Source: a virus. From it: DNA of 64,000 nt. How positions within the stretch are numbered: the stretch's first letter is position 1; every line of letters starts with the position of its first letter. The stretch spans positions 32,001 through 96,000 of IMG/VR virus record IMGVR_UViG_3300025117_000031. The stretch is one strand, 5' to 3'. The position numbers and the translations under genes were made by a program. A model generated the notes under the pieces. The model was not told where the DNA came from, did not search any database, and worked only from the letters and a program-made list of their open reading frames with translations. Positions 24,922 to 35,085 of this stretch are shown one piece after another.

Positions 24922-25746
24922 CTAATCAATTGTAAATTTCTTCTCGAAAAAATCTCCACAATTACATTTCTCTTTGAAGTATTTTTTTGCATCCTCATTA
25001 AACCAATCAAAAATCCAATTATTAATAAGCTTTTCAAAAGTAGATTTGTCTAATCCGCCAAGACCTTCACAGTAATGCCACACTCTAATTTCCTTATTAT
25101 CAAAAGTAAAAAGTCTGTCATCGGACACAAACATTTTCTTTGTATATTGCCCCCAAGGTTTCTGTCCAGGCGCTGCTACAACGTTACCCTTTGCCCTTGC
25201 GTTATAAACGATTTTAGAGTCTTGATAGGGATGTTCTACAATGTTATATGCAAACCCATATTCTTTTTTCCAAACAACTTCATTTAATGCTCCTTGCTCG
25301 TTATATTCTTTATGCAAAGGTGCTAATTCTATTATTTTTCTTACGGCTTCTGGTGAAGTAAAACAAACGACATCGGCATTTAGGTGAGTTTCTTTGTCAG
25401 GAGAACAAACTCTAGGAGAAACATATTGATAAGGGTAACATAGTGTTGGTAAAATGTCAAAATTATCTTTTTCTAAAAACTCCTCTAATCTGCTGCAAGT
25501 TATTGTATCCGCACCAAGAAGAATAATTTTTTCATACCCCTTTTCAAAAAGTTGCAAAGCAATACTTAGCCTTGAAACATTTGCTCCGCCCGAAACATTC
25601 CAAAGAGACAAATCTGTTACATAAAACAAATCTATATCAGAATGAAAAGCAAGAAAGCTGTTTTTAGCGCATTCACCAAGTTTTTCATAGTTTTTACCGG
25701 AAGCTACAATTAGACAACAAGTCTTCAACACTTTGCTACCCACCAA
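24922..25746 (-). CDS. putative glycosyltransferase-like protein
   Basis: LGADT, NADV and EQGALN resemble GT-A motifs; cluster context. Confidence 0.5.
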   Translation of the reverse strand: MVGSKVLKTCCLIVASGKNYEKLGECAKNSFLAFHSDIDLFYVTDLSLWNVSGGANVSRLSIALQLFEKGYEKIILLGADTITCSRLEEFLEKDNFDILPTLCYPYQYVSPRVCSPDKETHLNADVVCFTSPEAVRKIIELAPLHKEYNEQGALNEVVWKKEYGFAYNIVEHPYQDSKIVYNARAKGNVVAAPGQKPWGQYTKKMFVSDDRLFTFDNKEIRVWHYCEGLGGLDKSTFEKLINNWIFDWFNEDAKKYFKEKCNCGDFFEKKFTID

Positions 25747-26702
25747 TTAAACTTAGATTTATAAAAAGAGACTATATGTTTAATTTCCTTTGAAAACTCT
25801 TTTTTGGGGGTCCACCCCAAAGCCCTAAGTTTTTCATCGTTTAAAGAATATCTCATATCTTGTCCTTGACGCATTAAAGAATCGTCAATATAATCAGAAA
25901 AATTAATTTGTCCTTTCGATAAGTTAAAATAACAAGAAAGTATATTTTCTACTGTTGTTAAGTTGGACAATTCGCAACTTCCGGCGATGTTGTATATTTG
26001 ATTTTTTATGTCTGAGCTAAGAATTGTAAATATTGCGTCAGCAGTATCTTGTACATGAAGCCAGCTTCGTATAGGAGTTCCCTTATTGTGAAGTTTTGTT
26101 TTACGTCCTCTAACTAGGTTATAAACAGTAATCGGAATAAGTTTTTCCGGATATTGATGAGTGCCGTAATTATTTGTCGGACGAACGATTACATAATTTA
26201 GATTATAGGTTCTAGACCAAGCCAGAACAAGCATATCTGCTGCTGCTTTAGCTGCTGAATAAGGATTCGAAGGTTTTAACAAATCCGTCTCTACGTGTTT
26301 ACCTTCGGCTATATCTCCATAAACCTCGTCACTCGAAACGTGACAAAAAAGAGGGACATCTACACAATTCGAGTTTTTATATCTCAGCACTTCAAGTAAG
26401 TTCCTAACTCCTAAAATGTTACTGTTGATGAAATTGTCACTATTTGCTATAGAATTTTCCACATGGCTTTCTGCTGCAAAATTAACAATATAGTCGCAAT
26501 CTGGTATAAACGTAATATCTTTAATGTCTTTTTGCTCAAAGACAAAATTTTGGTAATTTAGAAATTCTTGCAAAACATCTAAATTTGCAGCATAAGTTTT
26601 CTTGTCTATACCATACACAAGCCATCCGAGATTTAGACATTTCCTAGTGAAGTGAGAACCAATAAAACCAAGACATCCAGTTACATATACTATTTTTTTC
26701 AT
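25725..26702 (-). CDS. rfbB: dTDP-glucose 4,6-dehydratase
   Basis: TG.LGFIG, FAAESHV, SSDEVYG, PSNPYSAAKA, NNYG..QYPEKLIP. Confidence 0.9.
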   Translation of the reverse strand: MKKIVYVTGCLGFIGSHFTRKCLNLGWLVYGIDKKTYAANLDVLQEFLNYQNFVFEQKDIKDITFIPDCDYIVNFAAESHVENSIANSDNFINSNILGVRNLLEVLRYKNSNCVDVPLFCHVSSDEVYGDIAEGKHVETDLLKPSNPYSAAKAAADMLVLAWSRTYNLNYVIVRPTNNYGTHQYPEKLIPITVYNLVRGRKTKLHNKGTPIRSWLHVQDTADAIFTILSSDIKNQIYNIAGSCELSNLTTVENILSCYFNLSKGQINFSDYIDDSLMRQGQDMRYSLNDEKLRALGWTPKKEFSKEIKHIVSFYKSKFNWWVAKC

Positions 26703-26715
26703 TTTTTCAAATTTC

Positions 26716-28053
26716 CTATATCGTATACTCTTTTTCAAAGAAGAACTCATTAACACATTTGGAAATATACTTTAGTTTTTCCTCATTAATACCAGCAAAT
26801 GTGCCCAAGAAGAAAGAATCTTTCGTTGCTTTGTAGGCGTTAGGAAATTCACCTTTTAAGTCATTGCCTTCATATAAATGATTGTATCCAGGGTGTGCTA
26901 AGATATTGCCGCTAAAGTAACTTCTTGTTTGAATTTTCTTACTTTCTAGGAATTGGACAAATTCTTCTTTTGTAAAGAGTTTATTGTCTTTAACCGTAAG
27001 CAAAAAGGCGAACCAACAAGGGTCAGAATTTGGTTCTGCAACAGGAAGCATGAAATAATCTTGATATTTTGAAAAAATATTATACAAAGACTTATGGTTG
27101 TCTCTTCTTGCTTGGTCTAAAAGCGGAAGCTTTTTAATTTGTTCTAACAACAAAGCTCCTTGTACTTCTATTGGCTTTAGGTTATAACCTATTTCTTCGA
27201 AAACATATCTGTGGTCATAAGTAAGCTCTGGGAATCCGGGCAACCAGTTTCTATGTCTATTTTTGCAAGCAGCTCCGGAGGTAACGTTCCCAGGGGTTTT
27301 TGTATTGCAAAAACAGCCTCGTCCCCAGTCTCGTAAAGAAGTAACAACTTTTTGTATATTTATATCATCTGTTGCAACAAAGCCACCCTCTCCTCCGGAA
27401 CAGTGGTGCGCTGGAAACAAAGAACACGTCGACATAATCCCAAAACTACCTAAAAGGCGTCCATCATAAGTTCCACCCAAAGCATCGCAGGAATCTTCGA
27501 AGAATAATAAATTATATTTATTTACTAATTCCATTACTCTTTTCATATTTGGTGGATTTCCCAAAACATGAGCAAACATAAAAGCTTTAATAGACGGGTC
27601 TTTCTTTAATAGTTCTTCTGTTTGGTCTAGATTCAAATTTAGACTTGGCAAATCAACATCCACAAAGACGGGGATAAATCCGTTTTGTATAATGGGGTTA
27701 AGAGTTGTTGGGAAACATACAACAGGAGTAAGAATTTTATCTCCTTCTTGTAGAAGATTTAGACTTTTTGACTTTGCTGCCACTAACATCAATAGATTAG
27801 CGGAGCTTCCGCTATTAACAAGTGTACCAAGCCTTTTGCCCAGAAAGGCAGGAAAGATTTTTTCAAACTCTCTTGCTTTGGGTCCGAAAATAAGCCATTC
27901 GTCTAACAGTGTATCAACTGCAGCTACATACTCTTTTTCGTCATATTGAGGGCCAGAATAAGAAATCCAATCCCCTTCTTTCCAAGCTTCGTTTGCGTGC
28001 TTTTCTTTAATATATTTTGCAACTAAATCTAAGATTTCATTTTTTGTTGTCAT
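26716..28053 (-). CDS. rfbH: NDP-4-keto-6-deoxyglucose 3-dehydratase (RfbH/DdhC)
   Basis: NSGSSANLL, HVLGNP, EDSCDALG, SLFPAHH (His in place of the PLP Lys), RDWGRGC.C......C..R, YDH.Y...IGYNLK. Confidence 0.88.
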   Translation of the reverse strand: MTTKNEILDLVAKYIKEKHANEAWKEGDWISYSGPQYDEKEYVAAVDTLLDEWLIFGPKAREFEKIFPAFLGKRLGTLVNSGSSANLLMLVAAKSKSLNLLQEGDKILTPVVCFPTTLNPIIQNGFIPVFVDVDLPSLNLNLDQTEELLKKDPSIKAFMFAHVLGNPPNMKRVMELVNKYNLLFFEDSCDALGGTYDGRLLGSFGIMSTCSLFPAHHCSGGEGGFVATDDINIQKVVTSLRDWGRGCFCNTKTPGNVTSGAACKNRHRNWLPGFPELTYDHRYVFEEIGYNLKPIEVQGALLLEQIKKLPLLDQARRDNHKSLYNIFSKYQDYFMLPVAEPNSDPCWFAFLLTVKDNKLFTKEEFVQFLESKKIQTRSYFSGNILAHPGYNHLYEGNDLKGEFPNAYKATKDSFFLGTFAGINEEKLKYISKCVNEFFFEKEYTI

Positions 28054-28708
28054 TGTTGTTCTCATAATAAGATAATAGCTTATCTTTTTTAAATAAATTT
28101 TCTTTTGCCCACAAAGGTTGTAGGTTAGTAAAGTGAAAACATTCTTTTTGTTGTTCTGGAATAGTTAAATCAAAAGCGGCACACGGTTTAATGTGGTCGA
28201 TGTGCCACCCATATAAACCATGATTATCCCAAGACATTCCTTCTTTAAATTGAGACTCAAGGTGTTGGCGCAAGTATTCTATAGAACAACCCAAAAGTTC
28301 TATGGACTTAAAGGCTTTTTTTGCATATTTATAATAAAGTGCGCTATTAATTCTATTTCGTAAAATTTGTTGGATTTTAAAATTTAAGGAAGATATTCTT
28401 TGTTGTTTTTGGTATTGCTTCTTGTATTCGCGTCTTTCTTCTTTGTGTAGTTCTCTCCATTCTTTTGAAGATGCTAATTCCTTTGCACGATGTTTCCAAT
28501 ATTGTTGTTTTCTGTATTCTCGACTTTTCTCAGGACTTTTCTGTCTTGCTATTTTTCTTGTATTGTTTATGTGTTCACGGTTGTTTCTGGCATATTCTAA
28601 TTGACATGCCTTGCATTTAGATATTCTTCCGCAGGGTCTGTCTTTTCTTTTAGAAAAACTATCAATTGGTTTTGTTTGTTTACATTTAGAACAAATTTTA
28701 TTCATCAT
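28037..28708 (-). CDS. HNH homing endonuclease inserted in the glycan cluster
   Basis: N-terminal CSKC..CKAC, WHIDHIKPC, CFHFTNLQPLW..EN..K; overlaps both neighbours. Confidence 0.88.
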   Translation of the reverse strand: MMNKICSKCKQTKPIDSFSKRKDRPCGRISKCKACQLEYARNNREHINNTRKIARQKSPEKSREYRKQQYWKHRAKELASSKEWRELHKEERREYKKQYQKQQRISSLNFKIQQILRNRINSALYYKYAKKAFKSIELLGCSIEYLRQHLESQFKEGMSWDNHGLYGWHIDHIKPCAAFDLTIPEQQKECFHFTNLQPLWAKENLFKKDKLLSYYENNNDNKK

Positions 28709-29765
28709 TTAAAAATATTTCCTTGTAGGGGACTGGAATTTTCTTATTGTATGTCTTTATAAGAACTTTTTTGATGAATTTTTTGTTAGAAGCACATAAA
28801 CATCCAAATTTTTTTTCATAATTAAACCATTTATTTTTAAGAATACGATTAAGAATAATTTTTAATGATTCTTCTCGCAAGTTTCCAAAAGAAATGTGTA
28901 AATACGGACAACATTGGACATCACCAAATTGTGTCACACTAATTATGCGCTTGCCCGCAATACATCCAACGTCTAGACCATAAGAAGGAGTTAGATGTGT
29001 AAAAACGTCATATTTTTTACCCAATTCCTCTAAATATTTTTCATCATCTTCGTTGATCAATAAATCAAATCTTCCTTCGTATGCCCCCACTGGTTTAGCA
29101 AAAGAAACATATGTTCCAACTTCTTTTTGTTTTGCAAATTCTAGAAAATCAATCAGCTCTTGTGAGTGCACTCTTTCTTTCCACACAACGGTCGAAAGAA
29201 TGACGTGCAAATCAGCTTTTTTACATGCTTCGATGGCATCAACGGCTCGTTGCCAAGAACCCGGTTGTCGACGAAATTCATCATGACTTTTCGAGTCAGC
29301 CCCATCTAAGCTTAATTGTATTTTATCTACACCGATGGACTTTAAGTGTTTAGCCCTTTCGTAATCTAAAAACCATCCGTTTGTATCTGAGACGATAAAA
29401 AATTTATTAGGATCAACAGCTTCCACAATTTGATCAAAATCTTTAAAAGTTAAAGGCTCCCCTCCTGTAATAACAAAATTAGCTAAACCTAGTTCGTGAG
29501 CCTGTTTTGAAAGTTCTTTTATATCTGGAATGGTGAATTTTCTTTTTCCTAAATTATTCTCTTTGTGTTGAAATTTTTCTATACAACAATGTTCACATCT
29601 AAAATTACAAGCGTAATTGTATTGAAATTGAATTATTGCGATACTTTCACCTTTCGCTACCTTTTCTGGGTATTTCATTACCTTTTCATAAACCAAAGGT
29701 TTATGTTCTTTAAGCCAATTTTGTCTTTCTTGCTCGTTGTTTTTTGTTTTACCGAATTGTGTCAT
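28698..29765 (-). CDS. radical SAM/SPASM protein
   Basis: CNFRCEHC, GGEP, TNG; SPASM CIAG...GDVQCCP...GN. Confidence 0.9.
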   Translation of the reverse strand: MTQFGKTKNNEQERQNWLKEHKPLVYEKVMKYPEKVAKGESIAIIQFQYNYACNFRCEHCCIEKFQHKENNLGKRKFTIPDIKELSKQAHELGLANFVITGGEPLTFKDFDQIVEAVDPNKFFIVSDTNGWFLDYERAKHLKSIGVDKIQLSLDGADSKSHDEFRRQPGSWQRAVDAIEACKKADLHVILSTVVWKERVHSQELIDFLEFAKQKEVGTYVSFAKPVGAYEGRFDLLINEDDEKYLEELGKKYDVFTHLTPSYGLDVGCIAGKRIISVTQFGDVQCCPYLHISFGNLREESLKIILNRILKNKWFNYEKKFGCLCASNKKFIKKVLIKTYNKKIPVPYKEIFLNDE

Positions 29766-31416
29766 AAACTTCCCTCAAGGTTGGCATTAAATAACCATAT
29801 GTACTATATAAATGTTGAGACTCGGAGTTGTTGTTTAACAACTCTTGAATCTTTGTTTTTAGTTTTTCTTCTTCTAAGATGTTTCTTTCTTTAATTGCGA
29901 TTTGTCTTAGATTTTCTAAGGCAAAAATCTGCGCAGGATATAGCTCAGATACCCTACTGTAGAGTTTTTTTGCTTTTTCGTTTTCACCGTCAACTATGCA
30001 TTTATTTTTTATAAAGTTACAATATAAGTTGGCATACTCTCTTAGAGCATTAATCTCTTCCGAAGTCGTCCACGGAGTATCAAAATTTCTATGATTGAGC
30101 AAATTTTGACCCCAAAACTCTGGGCTAGATTTAATAAATCCCAAATTAGAAAATTGTTCGTACATATTTGAACCAACTACAGGCAAAGCTATTGCAAACT
30201 GTGTCCAATCGGGTCTTAGAACATTGTTTATTGTTTCGATAGTTTTCTTCATTTCATCTAAAGTTTCATTTGGAAATCCAAAAATTATATTGATTGTAAC
30301 AATTAAGCCCCGATTTTGGGAATAGCGAATTAATTTTTGTGCCTTTTCTAAACTAATTTTCTTTTTTATTGTTTGTTGTGTTTTTCGCTCGGTTGCCTCT
30401 ACTGGGAAAGAGATAACTGCTGGTTTTGTATATTTAATTATATCGTCAATCATTTTTGTTGTAGTTGCATTTATATTTACTGCTTGGGAAAAAGAGGTTC
30501 TAAGTTCTGGGATTTCTAGCTTTGAAATTGCAGATAAAAGTTCTTTTGTCCTTTTTTCTGTCGGCAGCGCCAAATCATCGAAAATACTCAAGTAATTGAT
30601 ATTATATTTTTTGTATAGTTCTAATACTTCTTCTGTTATTTTTTCTGTTTTCCGTAATCTCATTTTTCTACCACTAATGTTATTAGCAGCGCAAAAAATA
30701 CACTGGAAAGGACAGCCACGAGAGGTCAAAATCGTAGCAGCTTTAGTTTTACCCTCTGTTTGATTATTAAATCCGTCCCAAAAAAGTTGGGAACCATCGG
30801 TATCTAAATAAAACTCGGTGTCAATTAAACCCCAATCCGGAAACGGTAAAGAATCTAAATCTTGAATTGGATTAGTACGAGAAAAAGTCTTATCTATTTT
30901 GTCTGAAAAATGGATACCTTTTAAAGTCTCTAAGTATTCTTTTTTATTTAAATTAGTAATTAGGCTGTAAAAAGCTTCCTCACCCTCTCCTGCAATCACA
31001 TAATCAACATGTTTGTTTTTTAAAACCTCTTCTATTGCGTTTGTCGCAGTATGTCCTCCGACAACAACAGTTGTTGTTGGCCAAAGCTTTTTTAAAATCG
31101 GTAGCATTAGATTAAAAAATTCGTAAGAGGTTGTCATTGTTAGCGAAATGGCTAAAACATCTGGTTCTATTCCACAGGCGGTTGATACTGCAACTGAGGA
31201 AATTATTTCCTCTATCGGTTTGCTTTGTTTAAAGTTTGTTGCAAAATAATCTATACAACGTACAACGTTGGCACAGCCTTGCTTTTTTAAAAAAGAAGAA
31301 AGATATAAAATACCAAAGGGGAAAACTTTGATTAAACGATTTCTATCTTTTTGGTCTTGTAGTTTCTGAAGCGGGATACTTGGCAGATTAACAAAGAAAA
31401 CATTTAATTTTTTCAT
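29749..31416 (-). CDS. cobalamin-binding radical SAM protein (class B methyltransferase-like)
   Basis: P.GILYLSS, GG.HAT, GEGE, SRGCPFQCIFC, GFPNET. Confidence 0.9.
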   Translation of the reverse strand: MKKLNVFFVNLPSIPLQKLQDQKDRNRLIKVFPFGILYLSSFLKKQGCANVVRCIDYFATNFKQSKPIEEIISSVAVSTACGIEPDVLAISLTMTTSYEFFNLMLPILKKLWPTTTVVVGGHTATNAIEEVLKNKHVDYVIAGEGEEAFYSLITNLNKKEYLETLKGIHFSDKIDKTFSRTNPIQDLDSLPFPDWGLIDTEFYLDTDGSQLFWDGFNNQTEGKTKAATILTSRGCPFQCIFCAANNISGRKMRLRKTEKITEEVLELYKKYNINYLSIFDDLALPTEKRTKELLSAISKLEIPELRTSFSQAVNINATTTKMIDDIIKYTKPAVISFPVEATERKTQQTIKKKISLEKAQKLIRYSQNRGLIVTINIIFGFPNETLDEMKKTIETINNVLRPDWTQFAIALPVVGSNMYEQFSNLGFIKSSPEFWGQNLLNHRNFDTPWTTSEEINALREYANLYCNFIKNKCIVDGENEKAKKLYSRVSELYPAQIFALENLRQIAIKERNILEEEKLKTKIQELLNNNSESQHLYSTYGYLMPTLREVYDTIR

Positions 31417-32486
31417 TTAATCCTCTTTAGTTCGTTTTTTTCTATTTGTAGCAATACACAACTAAAATCTTTCCAGTGCTTTTGTAATCTATTTACCATT
31501 TCTTGGTTGTAGCTTCCGCCAATAAAAACAAGGTAATCAACTTCGTGTAAAGGTGTTGTTAAAAACTGCTCAAAAGAAACAATAGGAATATTCGTTACTG
31601 GTGTATGATTTCCTTGTTTAGAGGGTGCATCGTCTATGACACAAACGATTTTGTTTTTTTCCTCTTCTGGTAAGAAGGAGAGAAAAGAAAACGATTGATG
31701 TCCCGCACCATAAACTGCCACTTTCGTATTAGTATATTTGGTTTTTTCTTTAAAGGAATCAATGAATTTTTCTTTTTCTTGTTCGAACTCTTCCTGCAAA
31801 GAAACAGTCTTGTTTTTTTTCACAATAAAGGAGAGAACATAGCCATCTTTTATAACACTTTTTTCTAAAACATCCCATCCGTGTAACTTTAGTAAATAAC
31901 TAAACGTTTCTTTGGTAAAATAAAATATATGTTCATTCATAAATTCAGAATACAATTTGTTTTTTAAAATCATGTCAAAATTTGGAACTTCTATAATCCC
32001 AACAGCTTCCTCTGATACAACCTCCGTGATAGAAGATAAAAATTCTCCGGGCTCTGGGACATGTTCCAGATAATTTAAAATAACAAAACAATCATAATTA
32101 TCTTCTAAAGGGTCTTCAAAAAAACCATCAACGTAGTTGTATTTTTTAAACCCAGCAGACTCGCAAACTTCTTTATTTAATCCTCGTCCTATGTCAAAGA
32201 TGGAATCTTTAACTCCATACTTTTCTTTTATTTTCTTCAGTTGCTCAACTCTATATTTTTTGTTTTCTTCTGACAACATCCCAGAAGAAATCGCCTTGTC
32301 CCAATAAGAAACCAATCTATAATGTCTTAGTTGAACGGTTTTGCATTCTTCGCATTGATAAACTTCTAACTCCACCTCACTTCCGGCCGAGCGTTCAGAC
32401 AAATTTTGTACTTGAAGAGGCGAATTTTTAATTGTTAAAATTGGATTAGAAAAATTGTTAGTATAACATATTCCACAAAGCCACAT
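31413..32486 (-). CDS. SAM-dependent sugar C-methyltransferase-like protein
   Basis: N-terminal CxxC...CxxC, LEHVP, IEVPN, EH.YF; C-terminal YGAG. Confidence 0.8.
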   Translation of the reverse strand: MWLCGICYTNNFSNPILTIKNSPLQVQNLSERSAGSEVELEVYQCEECKTVQLRHYRLVSYWDKAISSGMLSEENKKYRVEQLKKIKEKYGVKDSIFDIGRGLNKEVCESAGFKKYNYVDGFFEDPLEDNYDCFVILNYLEHVPEPGEFLSSITEVVSEEAVGIIEVPNFDMILKNKLYSEFMNEHIFYFTKETFSYLLKLHGWDVLEKSVIKDGYVLSFIVKKNKTVSLQEEFEQEKEKFIDSFKEKTKYTNTKVAVYGAGHQSFSFLSFLPEEEKNKIVCVIDDAPSKQGNHTPVTNIPIVSFEQFLTTPLHEVDYLVFIGGSYNQEMVNRLQKHWKDFSCVLLQIEKNELKRIK

Positions 32487-32494
32487 CGTTTTTC

Positions 32495-33325
32495 CTAGTA
32501 TTCAAATAAGCTTAAATCGAGCTTATTATATAGTTTGTAATAATCAATTAGCACCCAAATTCCAAAAGAAAGCGGAGCAAATTTAAACTGACCAAATTCT
32601 TTCGTAAAGAGAGTATTGTCGCCACAATAAGAAGAAGGAACGCAAGCTTTTCGCTCTGTTGGAGAGGCTATTGGAACTCCTGTCATCAGAGATATCTCTT
32701 TGGCGACATCTGCATAATACCACAGCTCTCCAGAACATAAATCATATGTTTTATTTTCTAATTTCGGCAACAACATTAAATCTACCATTTTACACAAATC
32801 ATAGATATGAAGGAAGTCGGATACTCTATTTTCTGGGATTACAAGAGGCTGTCCTAACGCCGCTTTAGCGCACAAATTGTTTACTATTCTATATCTCCAA
32901 TCAGCGCCAGGCCCATAAACACTATATATTCTTAAGTTAAAGATATTGTCGTATTTTTGGTTGATTAAACGATTCATTTCTCTCTTAGATTCTGCATAGT
33001 TATTGGCCACAAAAGTTTCAGCCCCAGACCCAAAATAAAACATTTTAGAAAAAAGATGATTGTTTTCTGCTAAATTATTGAACATCTGCATGTTGTTTAC
33101 ATACACTTTATTCGGATCGTTTTTTGAGAATCTTGGTGCAGCATCATAATTCGCACAGTGTATAACAACATCATAATCGCGATTTTTTAGTAAGTTTGTA
33201 ACTCTGTCTTTATTCAGAAGGTCTAAACTCAAATGATTAAAAGCATCTACTTCGTGTTTGTGTCTTAAATATCCATAAAGGGCGCCTCCAATAAATCCAC
33301 CCCCTCCTGTAATTAATATCTTCAT
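32495..33325 (-). CDS. NAD-dependent epimerase/dehydratase/reductase (SDR)
   Basis: TGGGGFIG, GSGAE, YAESK, VYGP. Confidence 0.85.
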   Translation of the reverse strand: MKILITGGGGFIGGALYGYLRHKHEVDAFNHLSLDLLNKDRVTNLLKNRDYDVVIHCANYDAAPRFSKNDPNKVYVNNMQMFNNLAENNHLFSKMFYFGSGAETFVANNYAESKREMNRLINQKYDNIFNLRIYSVYGPGADWRYRIVNNLCAKAALGQPLVIPENRVSDFLHIYDLCKMVDLMLLPKLENKTYDLCSGELWYYADVAKEISLMTGVPIASPTERKACVPSSYCGDNTLFTKEFGQFKFAPLSFGIWVLIDYYKLYNKLDLSLFEY

Positions 33326-35085
33326 TCCATTACCTTTTTCAGTTCATCTTCTGGAATTGATGGGTACAAATCTTCCATCGGCTTAGAAGCGAAAGAACCG
33401 TCTTCTAGTTGATAGGTCTGAGTTCGATGAATAACTTCTGTCTTCTTGGGAAGAAGAATCTCAATAATTTCTGGTTGTTGTAACTCAAAAATGTCCCTCC
33501 AAGGAATTCCATTTTCGAACAGATCAGAAGAAAAACATCTAGTTTTAATGCCAAAGCTTTGTGCAATTTTTTGTATCGAAGGCAGAGTTAAACCAGAACC
33601 ATAGTCTGACCCGACGTAAGTTCCTTTGAAGAATTTGTCTTGAGTGTTTCGTATAGAGCCATAGCCGTCGTTATTTAAAACAAAGATTTTAATAGGTAAA
33701 TTAAATCTTTTAATTACTTCAAGTTCCTGTACGTTCATTGGGAAACTTCCGTCTCCGTCGATGCAAATAACAGGTTTTTGCTGTCCAGCGAAATAAGCTC
33801 CTATTGCTTGAGGAATAGCAAATCCCATAGAACCAAGACCTGGGCTATTAATGATTCTTTGTTCTTTCTTTACTTTCCAAGTCTGAAGAGTTAATTCTGC
33901 AGCGGCACCGGAAGAACCAGGAACAATAATTGCGTCTTCTGGAGCATTATTCGTTAATCCAATAAGGAAGTCATAAATTGGAATTCCTTTTGACTCTTTT
34001 TCAAGAGAATATTTTTCCTTTATTTCTTTGGTCTTTGTTCTCCACGCAGAATGGTGTCTAGGAGGAAAAGTCTCATCTCCTATTTGGTGAGTAAAACAAA
34101 TATATTCGTTAACAAAATCTTCTGCAGACATATTAATTTTAAATCTTGTGCTATGTTTATTCAGTTCGTTGGGGTCTATATCAACAACAAATTTAACAGC
34201 TTTTGGAGCGAAATTATCTAAATTAAAAGCAGTTTGCCCACAATCTAATCTAGCTCCAATTGACAAAACAAAGTCGGCCTGCTGTTGAATGATGTTTGCT
34301 GCTCTTTGTCCAACCATTCCAGGACGACCAACAAAATAGTAGTTATCTTCATCAATTAAATCTGCTGCTCTCCAAGTTGTTAATACAGGGATTTTAAGGT
34401 TGTTAATGATTTGATATAAAACTTCTCTATTACAATCTTTTGCCCCTGCGCCGAGAAGAAGAATTGGTTTTTTTGATTTTTCAAAAGCATCGGTTATTTC
34501 TGTAAAATCGCACGAAATATAATATTTGTTTGTCTTAACTTCTTTAACCGTATCAACGAATTCAGAAGCCTGAACATCTAAGGGAATTTCAATCCAAACT
34601 GGTCCCTTCCGCCCAGTTGTTGCAATCTCTAATGCTTTATCCATTTCATAAACGATATCGTCTGGATTCATAACGGTAACAGCATATTTAGTTATGCTTT
34701 TAACAATTTCTGGTAGATTTAGTTCTTGAAATCCGCGTTGACGTACACCGGATTCCAACACCATATCTTTTCTTTGTACTTGACCAGAAATAATCATTAA
34801 TGGAACAGAATCTAACCAAGCAGAAGCAACCGCAGTAATTGCATTTGTTCCGCCTGGACCAGTTGTTACAATTGCTGCGCCCAAGTAGTTGTTGTATTGT
34901 GCATATGCTTCGGCCGCGATGGCTGCACCTTGTTCATGTAACATAGAAATATAACCAAGACCAGAATTATTTAAAGAATTCATCAAATGAATGCAGCCGC
35001 CACCTGCTAAAGTGAAAACAGTGCGTACACCATGAAAGTTTAAAAATTCAACAACATAATCAGAGACTTTCATGCATTTCTCCAA
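33322..35085 (-). CDS. thiamine-diphosphate enzyme, acetolactate-synthase-like (YerE-like by context)
   Basis: HEQGA..AAE.Y, TTGPGGTN, GPVW.EIPLD, GSMG, GDGS..MN.QEL...NN.GY. Confidence 0.88.
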   Translation of the reverse strand: MEKCMKVSDYVVEFLNFHGVRTVFTLAGGGCIHLMNSLNNSGLGYISMLHEQGAAIAAEAYAQYNNYLGAAIVTTGPGGTNAITAVASAWLDSVPLMIISGQVQRKDMVLESGVRQRGFQELNLPEIVKSITKYAVTVMNPDDIVYEMDKALEIATTGRKGPVWIEIPLDVQASEFVDTVKEVKTNKYYISCDFTEITDAFEKSKKPILLLGAGAKDCNREVLYQIINNLKIPVLTTWRAADLIDEDNYYFVGRPGMVGQRAANIIQQQADFVLSIGARLDCGQTAFNLDNFAPKAVKFVVDIDPNELNKHSTRFKINMSAEDFVNEYICFTHQIGDETFPPRHHSAWRTKTKEIKEKYSLEKESKGIPIYDFLIGLTNNAPEDAIIVPGSSGAAAELTLQTWKVKKEQRIINSPGLGSMGFAIPQAIGAYFAGQQKPVICIDGDGSFPMNVQELEVIKRFNLPIKIFVLNNDGYGSIRNTQDKFFKGTYVGSDYGSGLTLPSIQKIAQSFGIKTRCFSSDLFENGIPWRDIFELQQPEIIEILLPKKTEVIHRTQTYQLEDGSFASKPMEDLYPSIPEDELKKVME

